This document shows positions 10,191-19,370 of a stretch of 64,000 bases of DNA, piece by piece (position 1 is the first letter of the stretch; each line of letters opens with the position of its first letter). The stretch covers positions 64,001 to 128,000 of the forward strand of contig CAWFOM010000016.1 of the NCBI GenBank assembly GCA_963817385.1, read 5' to 3'. Made by a program: the position numbers and the translations under genes. The stretch is from an uncultured delta proteobacterium. Lineage in GTDB: Bacteria > Desulfobacterota > Syntrophia > Syntrophales > UBA5619. The notes under the pieces were generated by a model. It had not been told where the DNA came from. It searched no databases and saw only the letters and a list, made by a program, of their open reading frames with translations.

Positions 10191-10280
10191 GGTATCTGCA
10201 AGGATTTTTGCGGCAGCGGAAAGCTCCCCGCCGAGGACCGGCTTGCGGGATTGCACTTCCGGTCACCGCGGGGGCAAGCC

Positions 10281-11120
10281 TCAGCGGAGGAAGAAGGGAA
10301 ACGGCGGAATCGTGAGGGGCGTCAGGCGATCCCCTTCATAGAGGACCTGGGCGAGGAAGAGCCCCGATGCGGGCGCCGTGCACTGCGCGGGGAGCGCCGA
10401 GGCCGTACTCAGCATCTGCTCGATCTCGGCTGCAGAGAGGCGTCCGCGTCCCGCCACGACCATGATCCCGACGAGGCGTCGGACCATCTTCCAGAGGAAG
10501 TGGGAGCCGGCGATCCGAAAGGCGATCAGGTCGCCCCAGGTCGCCAGATCGGTCCGATCGATCTGAACTTCCGTCGAAAGGTGCTTGTCGATCCGCTTGT
10601 CGGCGAAGGAGGCGAAATCGTGGAACCCCCGGAAGATCTCCGCCGCTTCCCGCATCCGGTCGAGATCAAGGTCATCTTTCACCCACCAGACATAGCGTTT
10701 GCCGAAGGCCGTCCGCACACGCGAGATCAGGTAGAGATAGCTCCTCTGGTGGGCCTGATGGCGGGCGTGGAAGCCGGTCGGCGCCTCCTCGACCTTCAAG
10801 ATGTTGATCGGGGCGGGCAGGAGGTCGTTCAGACCATAGAGGATCTTCTGGGGCGGAAGGCGGTGGGGAGCTTCCAGGTGGGCCACCTGGGCAAGGGCAT
10901 GGACACCGGCATCGGTCCTTCCCGCCCCCTGAAGATCAACATTTCCGCCGAAGAGTTCCCGAGCCGCATCGATCAGCGTTCCCTGGATGCTCCGGGCATT
11001 CGTCTGCGTCTGCCAGCCGCTGAAGCCGGTCCCGTCGTATTCGAGCATCAGCTTGTACCTGCACCGGGAAGAACCCGTCGCCTTCCTTGCACGGCCCGCT
11101 GGGATGCCGCCCCGGCTCAT
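10281..11120 (-). CDS. truA: tRNA pseudouridine(38-40) synthase
   Basis: YDGTGFSGWQ, AGRTDAGVHA, FHAR, FLWKMVR, TAPASGL.L. Confidence 0.92.
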   Translation of the reverse strand: MSRGGIPAGRARKATGSSRCRYKLMLEYDGTGFSGWQTQTNARSIQGTLIDAARELFGGNVDLQGAGRTDAGVHALAQVAHLEAPHRLPPQKILYGLNDLLPAPINILKVEEAPTGFHARHQAHQRSYLYLISRVRTAFGKRYVWWVKDDLDLDRMREAAEIFRGFHDFASFADKRIDKHLSTEVQIDRTDLATWGDLIAFRIAGSHFLWKMVRRLVGIMVVAGRGRLSAAEIEQMLSTASALPAQCTAPASGLFLAQVLYEGDRLTPLTIPPFPFFLR

Positions 11121-12451
11121 GGCTCCGTCTCCGGTGGCTCCCCGAGAAGGGTCATCCCCTCGACATCGGCACGGGGAAGATCCCCGCCGGAGAGCTCACG
11201 GCCCGGCTGGAGCGTCGTAACCGCCGCACGTCCCACTATGATCCGCCCCTTGTTCCCCGCCGCGTCCCGCGTCTTGATGCTCCAGAAGCTGTGGAAGATC
11301 AGGGGCTGCCCCTGATGGACGCCGATATAGAGCATGATGTGCCCCGGCGTCCAGAGGAGGGTCCGCCACGGCACCCCCTGACGGAGGATTCGGGCCTCCT
11401 TCTCCGCCGACGGAAGGTTTTTGAGGCTGATGAACCTACCCGCTTCGGCCTGCTCCTTGGAATTGCGGGGGAGCCAAAGTCCGAACGGCGTGAAGAGATC
11501 CCGGATCAGGGCGGAGCAATCCCTTTTTCCATTCACTCCGCCCCAACCGTAGGGTTGGCCGGCGAGCGCGGCGGCCAGTTGCGCCATATGACGCGGGGTG
11601 AGCGGGAGAGGTTTGTCCGCCGTCGCGGCCTTTGGCAGCCGCGCCTTCCGGAGGTGCGCCTTCCCCCGGGCGTCGCGCGTCGCCGTCAGGATCCCGGTGT
11701 GGCCGACACCCTCCCCGGCCTTCGGGAAGACCGCTCCCAGCGGCGCCCGAAAGAGGAGTTTGCCCATATCATTCCGGACAGGTGCCTTTTCCCGGATGAT
11801 CACCATATACCGGCCGCACTCCCAGCTCCGCATAAACTCCGCATCCACAGCCGCTATGTCCGTCGCCGGCACCCAACCGAGGGCGTAGCTTGTCTCCGTG
11901 AGGAGCCACTTCCGGTCACGGCTGAGATGGGTCACGAGAACGGGCGTCCCGGGAGGGGCAGATGATTCCTGGAGATTGTCAAACGGATTGTCCCCATTCA
12001 GACGCTTCGGAAAGCGGGAATGGCGATCCCGGGTGGGCAGGACGCGAAAATCAATCCGGTTCACGGTTACGGCCGGAAATCCGCCCTGCGGATAATCGTC
12101 GAGATGGGCATTCACGGCCATCTTCCTGATCCAGTCCGCAGGATGCCGCCTCCCATCCTTCCCGTAACCGGGGTTGCTGTCGTATTCCTTAAACCCCCAG
12201 ATAACCTGTTCCCGCGTGTGACGGGGGATGGTCTGATGCCAGGGAGCGAAGGCGAGGAGGTCATAGGCGGCATTCAGGCTGCCCTGTATCTCCGCCGGCA
12301 GAAGAGGAAGATCCGCTTCCCTCCGATCGACATAGGCACGTGGATCCTGCCTGAGATCGCTGAGATCCCGGATCGCCGCCCCCCGGGCATCTCCGCCCGA
12401 CAGGAGCAGCAGCACGATCAGCAGTATCGGACCGTATCCCTTCTTTCTCAC
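11117..12451 (-). CDS. SH3-domain NlpC/P60 cell-wall peptidase
   Basis: Signal peptide after GTG with RBS; PYGWGG...RDCS, WLPRNS, PGHIMLYIG. Confidence 0.85.
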   Translation of the reverse strand: MRKKGYGPILLIVLLLLSGGDARGAAIRDLSDLRQDPRAYVDRREADLPLLPAEIQGSLNAAYDLLAFAPWHQTIPRHTREQVIWGFKEYDSNPGYGKDGRRHPADWIRKMAVNAHLDDYPQGGFPAVTVNRIDFRVLPTRDRHSRFPKRLNGDNPFDNLQESSAPPGTPVLVTHLSRDRKWLLTETSYALGWVPATDIAAVDAEFMRSWECGRYMVIIREKAPVRNDMGKLLFRAPLGAVFPKAGEGVGHTGILTATRDARGKAHLRKARLPKAATADKPLPLTPRHMAQLAAALAGQPYGWGGVNGKRDCSALIRDLFTPFGLWLPRNSKEQAEAGRFISLKNLPSAEKEARILRQGVPWRTLLWTPGHIMLYIGVHQGQPLIFHSFWSIKTRDAAGNKGRIIVGRAAVTTLQPGRELSGGDLPRADVEGMTLLGEPPETEP

Positions 12452-12753
12452 GAATCCCTCCCGTTCTTTTTTCCCAGTGTAGAGATTTTCGTGGATTCCT
12501 GCAACCGTTTTCGGGATGATCCCGCCGGAATGAAAAAATATTTTTATGGCATTCACCTGGAAAGCTTGGTATATTCCCCGGGAATCGATTATCCATCTGC
12601 CCTCCGCTCCGGGGATGGACGTCGGCGAACCGTGAATGGGAGAGGAAGGCAACAGCCCATGACCTCGGAAAAAAGAGTCGGAGAGTTTGTGTTTATCGCG
12701 ATGCTTCACGAGATGATTCCTGGTCGCACTCTATCAATAAGGCGATACGACGG

Positions 12754-13302
12754 ATGAAGGGTCTTGTTCCGAGTAGGATATTTTTCACGAAGGGCGTCGG
12801 CACCCATCGGGATGAGCTCCATTCTTTTGAGCGTGCGCTGAGAGACGCTGGAATAGAGCGGTGCAACCTGGTGCAGGTCTCCAGCATCATTCCGCCTTAC
12901 TGCCGGATGATCTCCAAACCCCAGGGGTTCAAGGAGCTGGTGTCGGGGGGAATCACCTTCTGCGTCATGGGACGCTGCTGCAGCAACGAACCGAAGCGTC
13001 TTCTGGCCGCGTCGGTCGGCTGCGCCATTCCGGCCGACCAGTCCTCCTATGGCTACATCAGCGAACACCATGCCTTCGGTCAGACGGAAAAACAGGCAGG
13101 TGACTACGCGGAGGACATGGCGGCAGCCATGCTGGCCTCCACACTCGGAATCGATTTCAATGTCGACGAAAGCTGGGATGAGAAGAAGGAGATCTTCAAG
13201 ATCAGCGGCAAGATCGTCAGAACCCGGAACGTCACCCAGTCGACCATCGTGAAAAACGGGGGATTTACGACGGTCATCGCCGCGGCCGTTTTCATCTTCT
13301 GA
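12754..13302 (+). CDS. pdaD: Pyruvoyl-dependent arginine decarboxylase
   Basis: SFE.ALRDAGI..CNLV.VSSI.PP self-cleavage site, YGYISEHH. Confidence 0.88.
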   Translation: MKGLVPSRIFFTKGVGTHRDELHSFERALRDAGIERCNLVQVSSIIPPYCRMISKPQGFKELVSGGITFCVMGRCCSNEPKRLLAASVGCAIPADQSSYGYISEHHAFGQTEKQAGDYAEDMAAAMLASTLGIDFNVDESWDEKKEIFKISGKIVRTRNVTQSTIVKNGGFTTVIAAAVFIF

Positions 13303-13326
13303 GCGCCGCCCGGAGAAGGGAGAACA

Positions 13327-13992
13327 ATGGACGTTTTTCAGGCTATCACAACGAGAAGAAGCATTCGGAGATTCAGGCCGGACCCAGTCCCGGAAGAGCT
13401 CATCCGGGAGATCCTGGATGCGGCTCGTTGGTCGCCCTCCTGGGGGAATACCCAGCCGTGGGAGATCGTCGTGGTCACGGGGAAGCCTCTGGAACGCTTC
13501 AAAAAAGCCAACCGACAGCGGATACTGGACGGCGTCATCTCTGTCCCGGACACCCCGATGCCCGGCGCTTGGCCGGACACCCTGAAGCGGCGATATACGG
13601 ATGTGGGGAAGAAGGTCCTGACCTCCCTGGAGATTGCCCGCGGGGATCAGGAGGCGCGTCTCCGTTACACGGGTGACATGTCCGCCCTCTTCGATGCTCC
13701 CTGTCTGCTTCTCTTCTGCGTGGAGAAAAGCCTCGCCCGGGAATACGCGATGCTGGACGTCGGCGCGATCCTCCAGACCGTTTGTCTGCTGGCTCATACC
13801 CGGGGACTGGGAACCTGTATCCTGGCCGCATCGGTCATGTATCCGGCGTTAATCCGGGAGATCGTTCCGATCCCGGAGACGAAGGCCGTCATCATCGGCT
13901 CCGCCATGGGCTTTCCCGACGGGGGCGCGCCTATCAATAATTTTGAAAGGGAACGGGCGACCCCGGACGAATTTACCACCTGGGTAAGGTGA
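13327..13992 (+). CDS. Nitroreductase family protein
   Basis: RRSIRRF, SPSWGNTQPW, GLGTC. Confidence 0.9.
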   Translation: MDVFQAITTRRSIRRFRPDPVPEELIREILDAARWSPSWGNTQPWEIVVVTGKPLERFKKANRQRILDGVISVPDTPMPGAWPDTLKRRYTDVGKKVLTSLEIARGDQEARLRYTGDMSALFDAPCLLLFCVEKSLAREYAMLDVGAILQTVCLLAHTRGLGTCILAASVMYPALIREIVPIPETKAVIIGSAMGFPDGGAPINNFERERATPDEFTTWVR

Positions 13993-13995
13993 ACG

Positions 13996-14916
13996 GTGAT
14001 CGAGTCGACCACACATACTCCGCAGGCCTGCGTACAGAACATTGGGGACGCGGAACTCTCCTATCTCCGGTATGAAGGGGAGGGTCCGCCGCTGATCTTC
14101 CTCCACGCCACCGGCTTCCAGCCCTGGCTATGGCATCCCCTCGCGCGGGAGCTCGCCGACACCTATCGCATCATCGCCCCCTCCTTCTGCGATCATCGCG
14201 AGACGGATCCCGACGAAGGAGGACTGAATTGGATGACCCTCGCAGAGGATACCGTCCGCCTCTGTACCGTTTTGCAGCTTGACAGACCCTTTCTGGTCGG
14301 CCACTCCATGGGGGCAACGGTGCTTCTGATCGCCAACGCCCTCTACGAACTCTCCGCCGCGGGCATGGTCCTCATCGAACCCATCCTCCTCCCTCCGGAG
14401 TTCTACCGGGGCTCCATGAAGGTTGACGAACACCCTCTCGCCGCCAAGGCGATCAAGCGAACGAACTTCTGGCGAGACCGGGACGATGCCATGGCCTATC
14501 TGCGCTCACGCGTCCTGTTTCAGGGATGGACTGAAGAGATGCTGGAGCTCTACATCCGCCATGGCATGACCGGAGGGGATAACGGCGGCCTCCGGCTCGC
14601 CTGCAGTCCCCAGCGGGAGGCGGCCCTCTTCATGGGAGGGAGGCAGTTCGATCCCTGGCCCCTCCTTCCCAGGATATCCTGCCCCGTTCTCATCGTCGAA
14701 GGGGAAAAAAGCGACAACAGGGGGTTCATCGATCTCGACCGTATCCAAGCCCTTATCCCGAATTCCCAAAGCCGTACGGTGAAAGACGCCGGCCACCTGG
14801 TCCCCATGGAACGTCCGCGGGAGGTGACCCGCATCATCCGGGAGTTCTTCCACTCCCTGCGGCAGGAGGAAAATGAAATGGATTACGCGGTCTCGCTCAG
14901 GCGGGATCGACTTTGA
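13996..14916 (+). CDS. Alpha/beta hydrolase
   Basis: FLHATGF, GHSMG nucleophile elbow, AGHL.PME. Confidence 0.88.
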   Translation: MIESTTHTPQACVQNIGDAELSYLRYEGEGPPLIFLHATGFQPWLWHPLARELADTYRIIAPSFCDHRETDPDEGGLNWMTLAEDTVRLCTVLQLDRPFLVGHSMGATVLLIANALYELSAAGMVLIEPILLPPEFYRGSMKVDEHPLAAKAIKRTNFWRDRDDAMAYLRSRVLFQGWTEEMLELYIRHGMTGGDNGGLRLACSPQREAALFMGGRQFDPWPLLPRISCPVLIVEGEKSDNRGFIDLDRIQALIPNSQSRTVKDAGHLVPMERPREVTRIIREFFHSLRQEENEMDYAVSLRRDRL

Positions 14917-14939
14917 AGCAACTAAAGGAGGATGTATCT

Positions 14940-15176
14940 ATGGCAAAGGCAAAGGCGGTAAAGAAGGCGGCAAAGGCACCGGCAAAGGCGGCAGCAAAGG
15001 CCAAACCGGCGAAGAAGGCGGCGGCAAAGGCCAAGCCCGCGAAGAAGGCGGCAGCAAAGGCCAAGCCCGCGAAGAAAGCCCCGGCGAAGAAAGTGGCAGC
15101 AAAGGCCAAGCCGGCAAAGAAGGCGGCAGCAAAAGCCAAGCCGGCGGCGAAAAAGCCCGCGAAGGCGAAGAAATGA
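14940..15176 (+). CDS. Histone H1-like Lys/Ala/Pro-rich nucleoid protein
   Basis: AAGGAGG RBS; repeats of AKAKPAKKAA encoded by ~30-bp tandem repeats. Confidence 0.8.
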   Translation: MAKAKAVKKAAKAPAKAAAKAKPAKKAAAKAKPAKKAAAKAKPAKKAPAKKVAAKAKPAKKAAAKAKPAAKKPAKAKK

Positions 15177-15288
15177 TCCTCTCTACCGTCGGTTAAAACC
15201 ATTCACCGAGGGCCCGCCTGCATGGAGCGGGCCCCCGGTTGATGGTATCCTTAAAGCCGTCCGGGGACGAATGCGAAAGCGCACCGTG

Positions 15289-15481
15289 ATGCATACGGAG
15301 AAGGGAACCGGGACGGCCGAATACATGGGTCCCGGAGAGCGGCGGACAACGGAAAACCGGTGGTGCGAGAGGCACGGCTATTTCATCGACGTGGACGCCT
15401 GCAGGGCCAGGGCGCTGCACTGCGGCCGTTGTCTCGTGCGCTGCGCGGCAGTTGCCCCTCCCTTTTCCGGAACCCGTCTAA
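15289..15481 (+). CDS. Small Cys/His-rich hypothetical protein, apparent frameshift near 15445
   Basis: WCERHGYFIDVDAC...HCGRC, continuing in the +1 frame as RQLPLPFPEPV*. Confidence 0.35.
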
Positions 15482-15684
15482 TGTCCCCGCACAAGGTCTC
15501 CGTTCCCCACACTTGGGGTTTTGCCCTCCTGCAGGCCGATCCTCCCCGCGCCGCCGACAGGGTACGGAAACATCCGCAGGGAAACGGATACGGTTACCTC
15601 CTCTCCCATCGGGCCTGGAGATTCTGACCGTTTTTCCGGATCATGTTTCCGACACGGACCCGCTTAGCGTTCGCGGGAAAGCTG

Positions 15685-17478
15685 CTATCCCTCATTTTCT
15701 TGCGTCGGCGGTGATAGAGACTGCCAACGTCCCAGGATTACCGATTCCACCGCCGTAGCCAGACCGAAGGACAATACGCTCATCACCAGCGGCATGCCAT
15801 GCGCGCGAATGAGATCGTACAGGAAAACATTGATGGCGCCGATCACGGTCACGAGAATTGCAACGTTGCGCACTTCCCTGGTGCGATGCACCTGGGCAAA
15901 GAACATCAGCGCAATAGCAGACAGGTTGATGATGACCGACTGGCTGCAGGAGAGAGCGTTGTTCAATTCAGCCGGGGCAAGAAGCGCTGCGAGAACCCGG
16001 TTGACTATCAACCGCAGCATGAAAAATGCGTTCAGGAGAGCAGCCAGCAAAATGGCGACAGCGCTGAAGTCGCCTTTATCAATCCTCTGGAATAAGGCCG
16101 ATTCTTCGGGCGGATTTCGGCGGCGGCACCACCGGTAATGCACGAAAGCTATGCAGGCAAGAATGCCGGCTGACGCCACACTCGCCTGAAAAGAGGTAGC
16201 GGTTGCTCCCCGGGTGAGCAGTGTCGCCGCCAGCGCCACGGCCGGATAAATCTGCAGGAGGTATGATGTTACCCGAACGCTCCCGCTGTGCCATTTTGCC
16301 GAGACGACCGCTGTCCCGAACGCAACCGCCGACAGGAGCGGGAGAGACATGAAAATGCTGTCCGTGGCCATTGGCAGGGCAAGCGCCAGCAGTACAACAC
16401 CGGCGAAGAGAAAGGCGTTGGTCCCGCGCGCGCCTGTCCGGTCTCGGCCGGACAGCCATACCGCCGCTGCCAGATGTCCCACTCCGGCGGCGATCCCGAC
16501 GACGCCGAGCAGTATTTTGCTGACCCCCATGGCGGACACCACGTACTGGGCCAGGGAAAAAGCCCAGGCTACATTGATCGTCGGAAGGGCAAGTTCAAAT
16601 CTGCTGATCTTTCCCGGGAGACTGCGGATTATGCCCAGAAATGCCGTCAGCATGTATGTCGCGGTGAAAAGGGTCAAAAACGGAAGGAACCAGGAGGGCG
16701 CCAGTGCCGGGGGGAGCGTTTCGCCGCCCAGCAGGGCCATCCCCAATTTGAATCCCCACAGGTGGATCATAAACAGGGTCACGAGGAGCAATATCCAGCG
16801 GAGCCAGGAATAACGGTATGCCCGGGCGGCAAGACTACCGAGCACGTTGGCTGTGAGCAGCACAATTGCCAGGTAGGGGAAAAAAGGCGTAGGGTAATCG
16901 ATCGCTGCTCCCGCAAGGCACATGCCGAGATTGCCTGCGGCAACCGGGGCCGGCACCCGATAGATATAACTGATTACGGCTGTAGCGAGACCGGTCAGCA
17001 TCAGGAGGACATAGGCCACAACGGAGGGAATGGCATCGAAGTGGGTGTGTGCTTCCACAACGATGGTAAACATCAGGACGGTGCCGCATACCGTAAATAT
17101 GGGCGCCAGCGGGTTGGCTTTCCGGTACCTCCGCCAGCCCATGAAGATCAAGGCGGCGGCATAACTCATCCCAATGAGCGAACCGAGATGGAGGTTGATT
17201 ATTCCGTTATCGGTGACTGTGCGAAGGATCAGGGCTACGACCAGGAGGAAACAGATCGTTGAAAGACGTTGAAGGAGCGAGGAACGGCCCACCCATGACA
17301 GCAGCTCCTCCGATGCGTCGGGGAGGTCATCCGCCTGAGGTGTCGCCCCGTTCTGGATCGATCTGGTGTCGGAACGATCCATCCGGACGGAAAGCTCATC
17401 CACTTTTCTGGTCAACGCATCTACCTGGACGGCGATTTGTTCCACGCGGGCTTCAAGAGATGATAGCTTGTCTGTCAT
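15685..17478 (-). CDS. Polytopic membrane protein with N-terminal coiled coil (DUF2339-like)
   Basis: GGGAGGAG RBS; many hydrophobic helices; family assignment tentative. Confidence 0.7.
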   Translation of the reverse strand: MTDKLSSLEARVEQIAVQVDALTRKVDELSVRMDRSDTRSIQNGATPQADDLPDASEELLSWVGRSSLLQRLSTICFLLVVALILRTVTDNGIINLHLGSLIGMSYAAALIFMGWRRYRKANPLAPIFTVCGTVLMFTIVVEAHTHFDAIPSVVAYVLLMLTGLATAVISYIYRVPAPVAAGNLGMCLAGAAIDYPTPFFPYLAIVLLTANVLGSLAARAYRYSWLRWILLLVTLFMIHLWGFKLGMALLGGETLPPALAPSWFLPFLTLFTATYMLTAFLGIIRSLPGKISRFELALPTINVAWAFSLAQYVVSAMGVSKILLGVVGIAAGVGHLAAAVWLSGRDRTGARGTNAFLFAGVVLLALALPMATDSIFMSLPLLSAVAFGTAVVSAKWHSGSVRVTSYLLQIYPAVALAATLLTRGATATSFQASVASAGILACIAFVHYRWCRRRNPPEESALFQRIDKGDFSAVAILLAALLNAFFMLRLIVNRVLAALLAPAELNNALSCSQSVIINLSAIALMFFAQVHRTREVRNVAILVTVIGAINVFLYDLIRAHGMPLVMSVLSFGLATAVESVILGRWQSLSPPTQENEG

Positions 17479-17535
17479 CTTCTCCTCCCTGCATCATCTG
17501 TGCTGCTGCGTTACAAGATCTGCGCGCTCTGGTGT

Positions 17536-17563
17536 AAAAAAGCGGGGGAGTCCCCGCTTTTTT
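17536..17563. terminator. Intrinsic terminator downstream of the imcH-like gene
   Basis: AAAAAAGCGGGG-GAGT-CCCCGCTTTTTT. Confidence 0.8.
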
Positions 17564-17658
17564 GTTGTGCCCGATCATCATCGGTCCCCGGCCGGCATTG
17601 TCACCGGCTTCACGCACCTGCTCCCCCTCTCATGCGGAACCATCCATTCCCGGGAAGC

Positions 17659-19188
17659 TCACTTGCCCTTGCTGCTTCCGCCGCCAGGCACATCTTCACC
17701 GCCGGCGGAATGGCATTCGCTGCAATTCAGGGCAATCATGCTGTCTCCGATATCCGTCGGATGGATAAAACCCTTCACCTTTGTCCCCGGCCGTATGTTT
17801 TCCTGTTTCTGGTTGAGAACGGTATGGCAGAGGTCGCAATCCTTGGAAATGACCTTGCCGTCTTGGGATTTGTGTTTCCCCCCATGGCAACGGAAACAGC
17901 CCGGAGTATAAAAATGACCGATATGGTCGGGGTAGGTATTCCAGGCAACTTTCATATTCGGGAAGAAGTTCCGGTCATAAATATCCTGTACACTCTCGAT
18001 GGCCTGTCTGATCGCCGCGGCTTTATCACTGGCCACCTTTGGGTGATTCTTGGCATAGAATCCCTCGATGCCGCTGGCAATCCCCGCCCGCCCGTCTTCC
18101 TTGGTCTTGTACGGCTTGGTAAGGAGCTCCACCGCCACCTTCTTGATGAAGGGCAGCGTGGGGTCAATGTGGCCTGAAACAAAATTTTCATCCATTTCCC
18201 GCCCGGGTGAACGGTAAATATGGGTTGGACGATTATGGCAGTCGGTACAGTCCATGAGACGCTTCTCCCCTTTGGCAATCTCCGCTGGGGAAAGAGGCTC
18301 ATGCTCATCGTTGTACTCGGTTATCTTGCCGTTTTTATCCGTGACGGTGACATAGGGGATGTCGAGCCGCTTCTTGTCCCGGGCAATGTAGGATACCTCA
18401 CTGCCGATATGCCAGTGAATGCCCATGGCGGTGGGGGTTTTCGGGGTGCCGCCGATATTAATCAGCATGTTGATCTCCCGAGGCGTGTTCTTCTCGTCGG
18501 GCGCATAGTGATAAAATACCTTCTGACGTCCGGAGTAAAACTTTTGCGGCCAGTGGCAGCGCTCGCAGATATCGCGTGCCGGGCGGAGATTGGTGATGGG
18601 CGTTTCGATGGGAACGGCATAGGTGTGAGCCAGCACGGCATATATCTGTTTCAGGCCGGAAATCTTGGCCTTGACGTACCATTTTGCCCCCGGTCCGATG
18701 TGGCAATCGACACAACGAACCCTGGCATGGGGAGATTTGCTCCAGGCGGTATATTCCGGTGTCATGACCGTGTGGCAGAGCTTTCCGCAAAAGTCGGCAG
18801 ACTCGGTAAAATGGTACCCCTTGAGTGCGGCAATGGAAATAATGAGGACAAATAGTACCGTGCCCAAGATAAAAAAGACAAACAGCCGGCGCTTATGACG
18901 GTCATTCAGGTCGAGATCGGGATAAGGAGGAATTATCTCAGGCGCTGCCATGCGGCGTTGCCGTCTGACACGGTAAGCCCCGAGGGGTACCAGAAGCAGG
19001 CCCAGGATGAGCATGGCGGGAAAGATAAAATATACCAGGACGCCAAGATAGGGACTCTCCACGCCGGTAATCAGCTCCACGGAGAGCAGCACGATGATCA
19101 GACCGGTCGCTATCGTAGCCAGTATCATGCCAATAAGGCTTATGATATTGAAGAAATACCCCAGTATGTCGTTCCTATTTACCGGCAT
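17659..19188 (-). CDS. imcH: ImcH-like inner-membrane multiheme cytochrome c (NapC/NirT domain, 7 hemes)
   Basis: Three N-terminal TM helices; CGKLCH (CxxxCH) plus six CxxCH (CVDCH, CERCH, CTDCH, CFRCH, CDLCH, CSECH). Confidence 0.8.
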   Translation of the reverse strand: MPVNRNDILGYFFNIISLIGMILATIATGLIIVLLSVELITGVESPYLGVLVYFIFPAMLILGLLLVPLGAYRVRRQRRMAAPEIIPPYPDLDLNDRHKRRLFVFFILGTVLFVLIISIAALKGYHFTESADFCGKLCHTVMTPEYTAWSKSPHARVRCVDCHIGPGAKWYVKAKISGLKQIYAVLAHTYAVPIETPITNLRPARDICERCHWPQKFYSGRQKVFYHYAPDEKNTPREINMLINIGGTPKTPTAMGIHWHIGSEVSYIARDKKRLDIPYVTVTDKNGKITEYNDEHEPLSPAEIAKGEKRLMDCTDCHNRPTHIYRSPGREMDENFVSGHIDPTLPFIKKVAVELLTKPYKTKEDGRAGIASGIEGFYAKNHPKVASDKAAAIRQAIESVQDIYDRNFFPNMKVAWNTYPDHIGHFYTPGCFRCHGGKHKSQDGKVISKDCDLCHTVLNQKQENIRPGTKVKGFIHPTDIGDSMIALNCSECHSAGGEDVPGGGSSKGK

Positions 19189-19370
19189 GCTCCCTCCTTC
19201 TCCTTGCTTCTCTTATACGGGAATCTTTTTCATAACTTGTCATACTTGAACGATCTTACGACTGCCGATTCAGGTATAATAAGACCTTGCGCTTTGTCAA
19301 ATAAAAAGAGCCCCTCGTTCCCACCCGACGGCGCGTCGAACAGCCCGCCTAGCTGGGTGTGAAAACCCTG

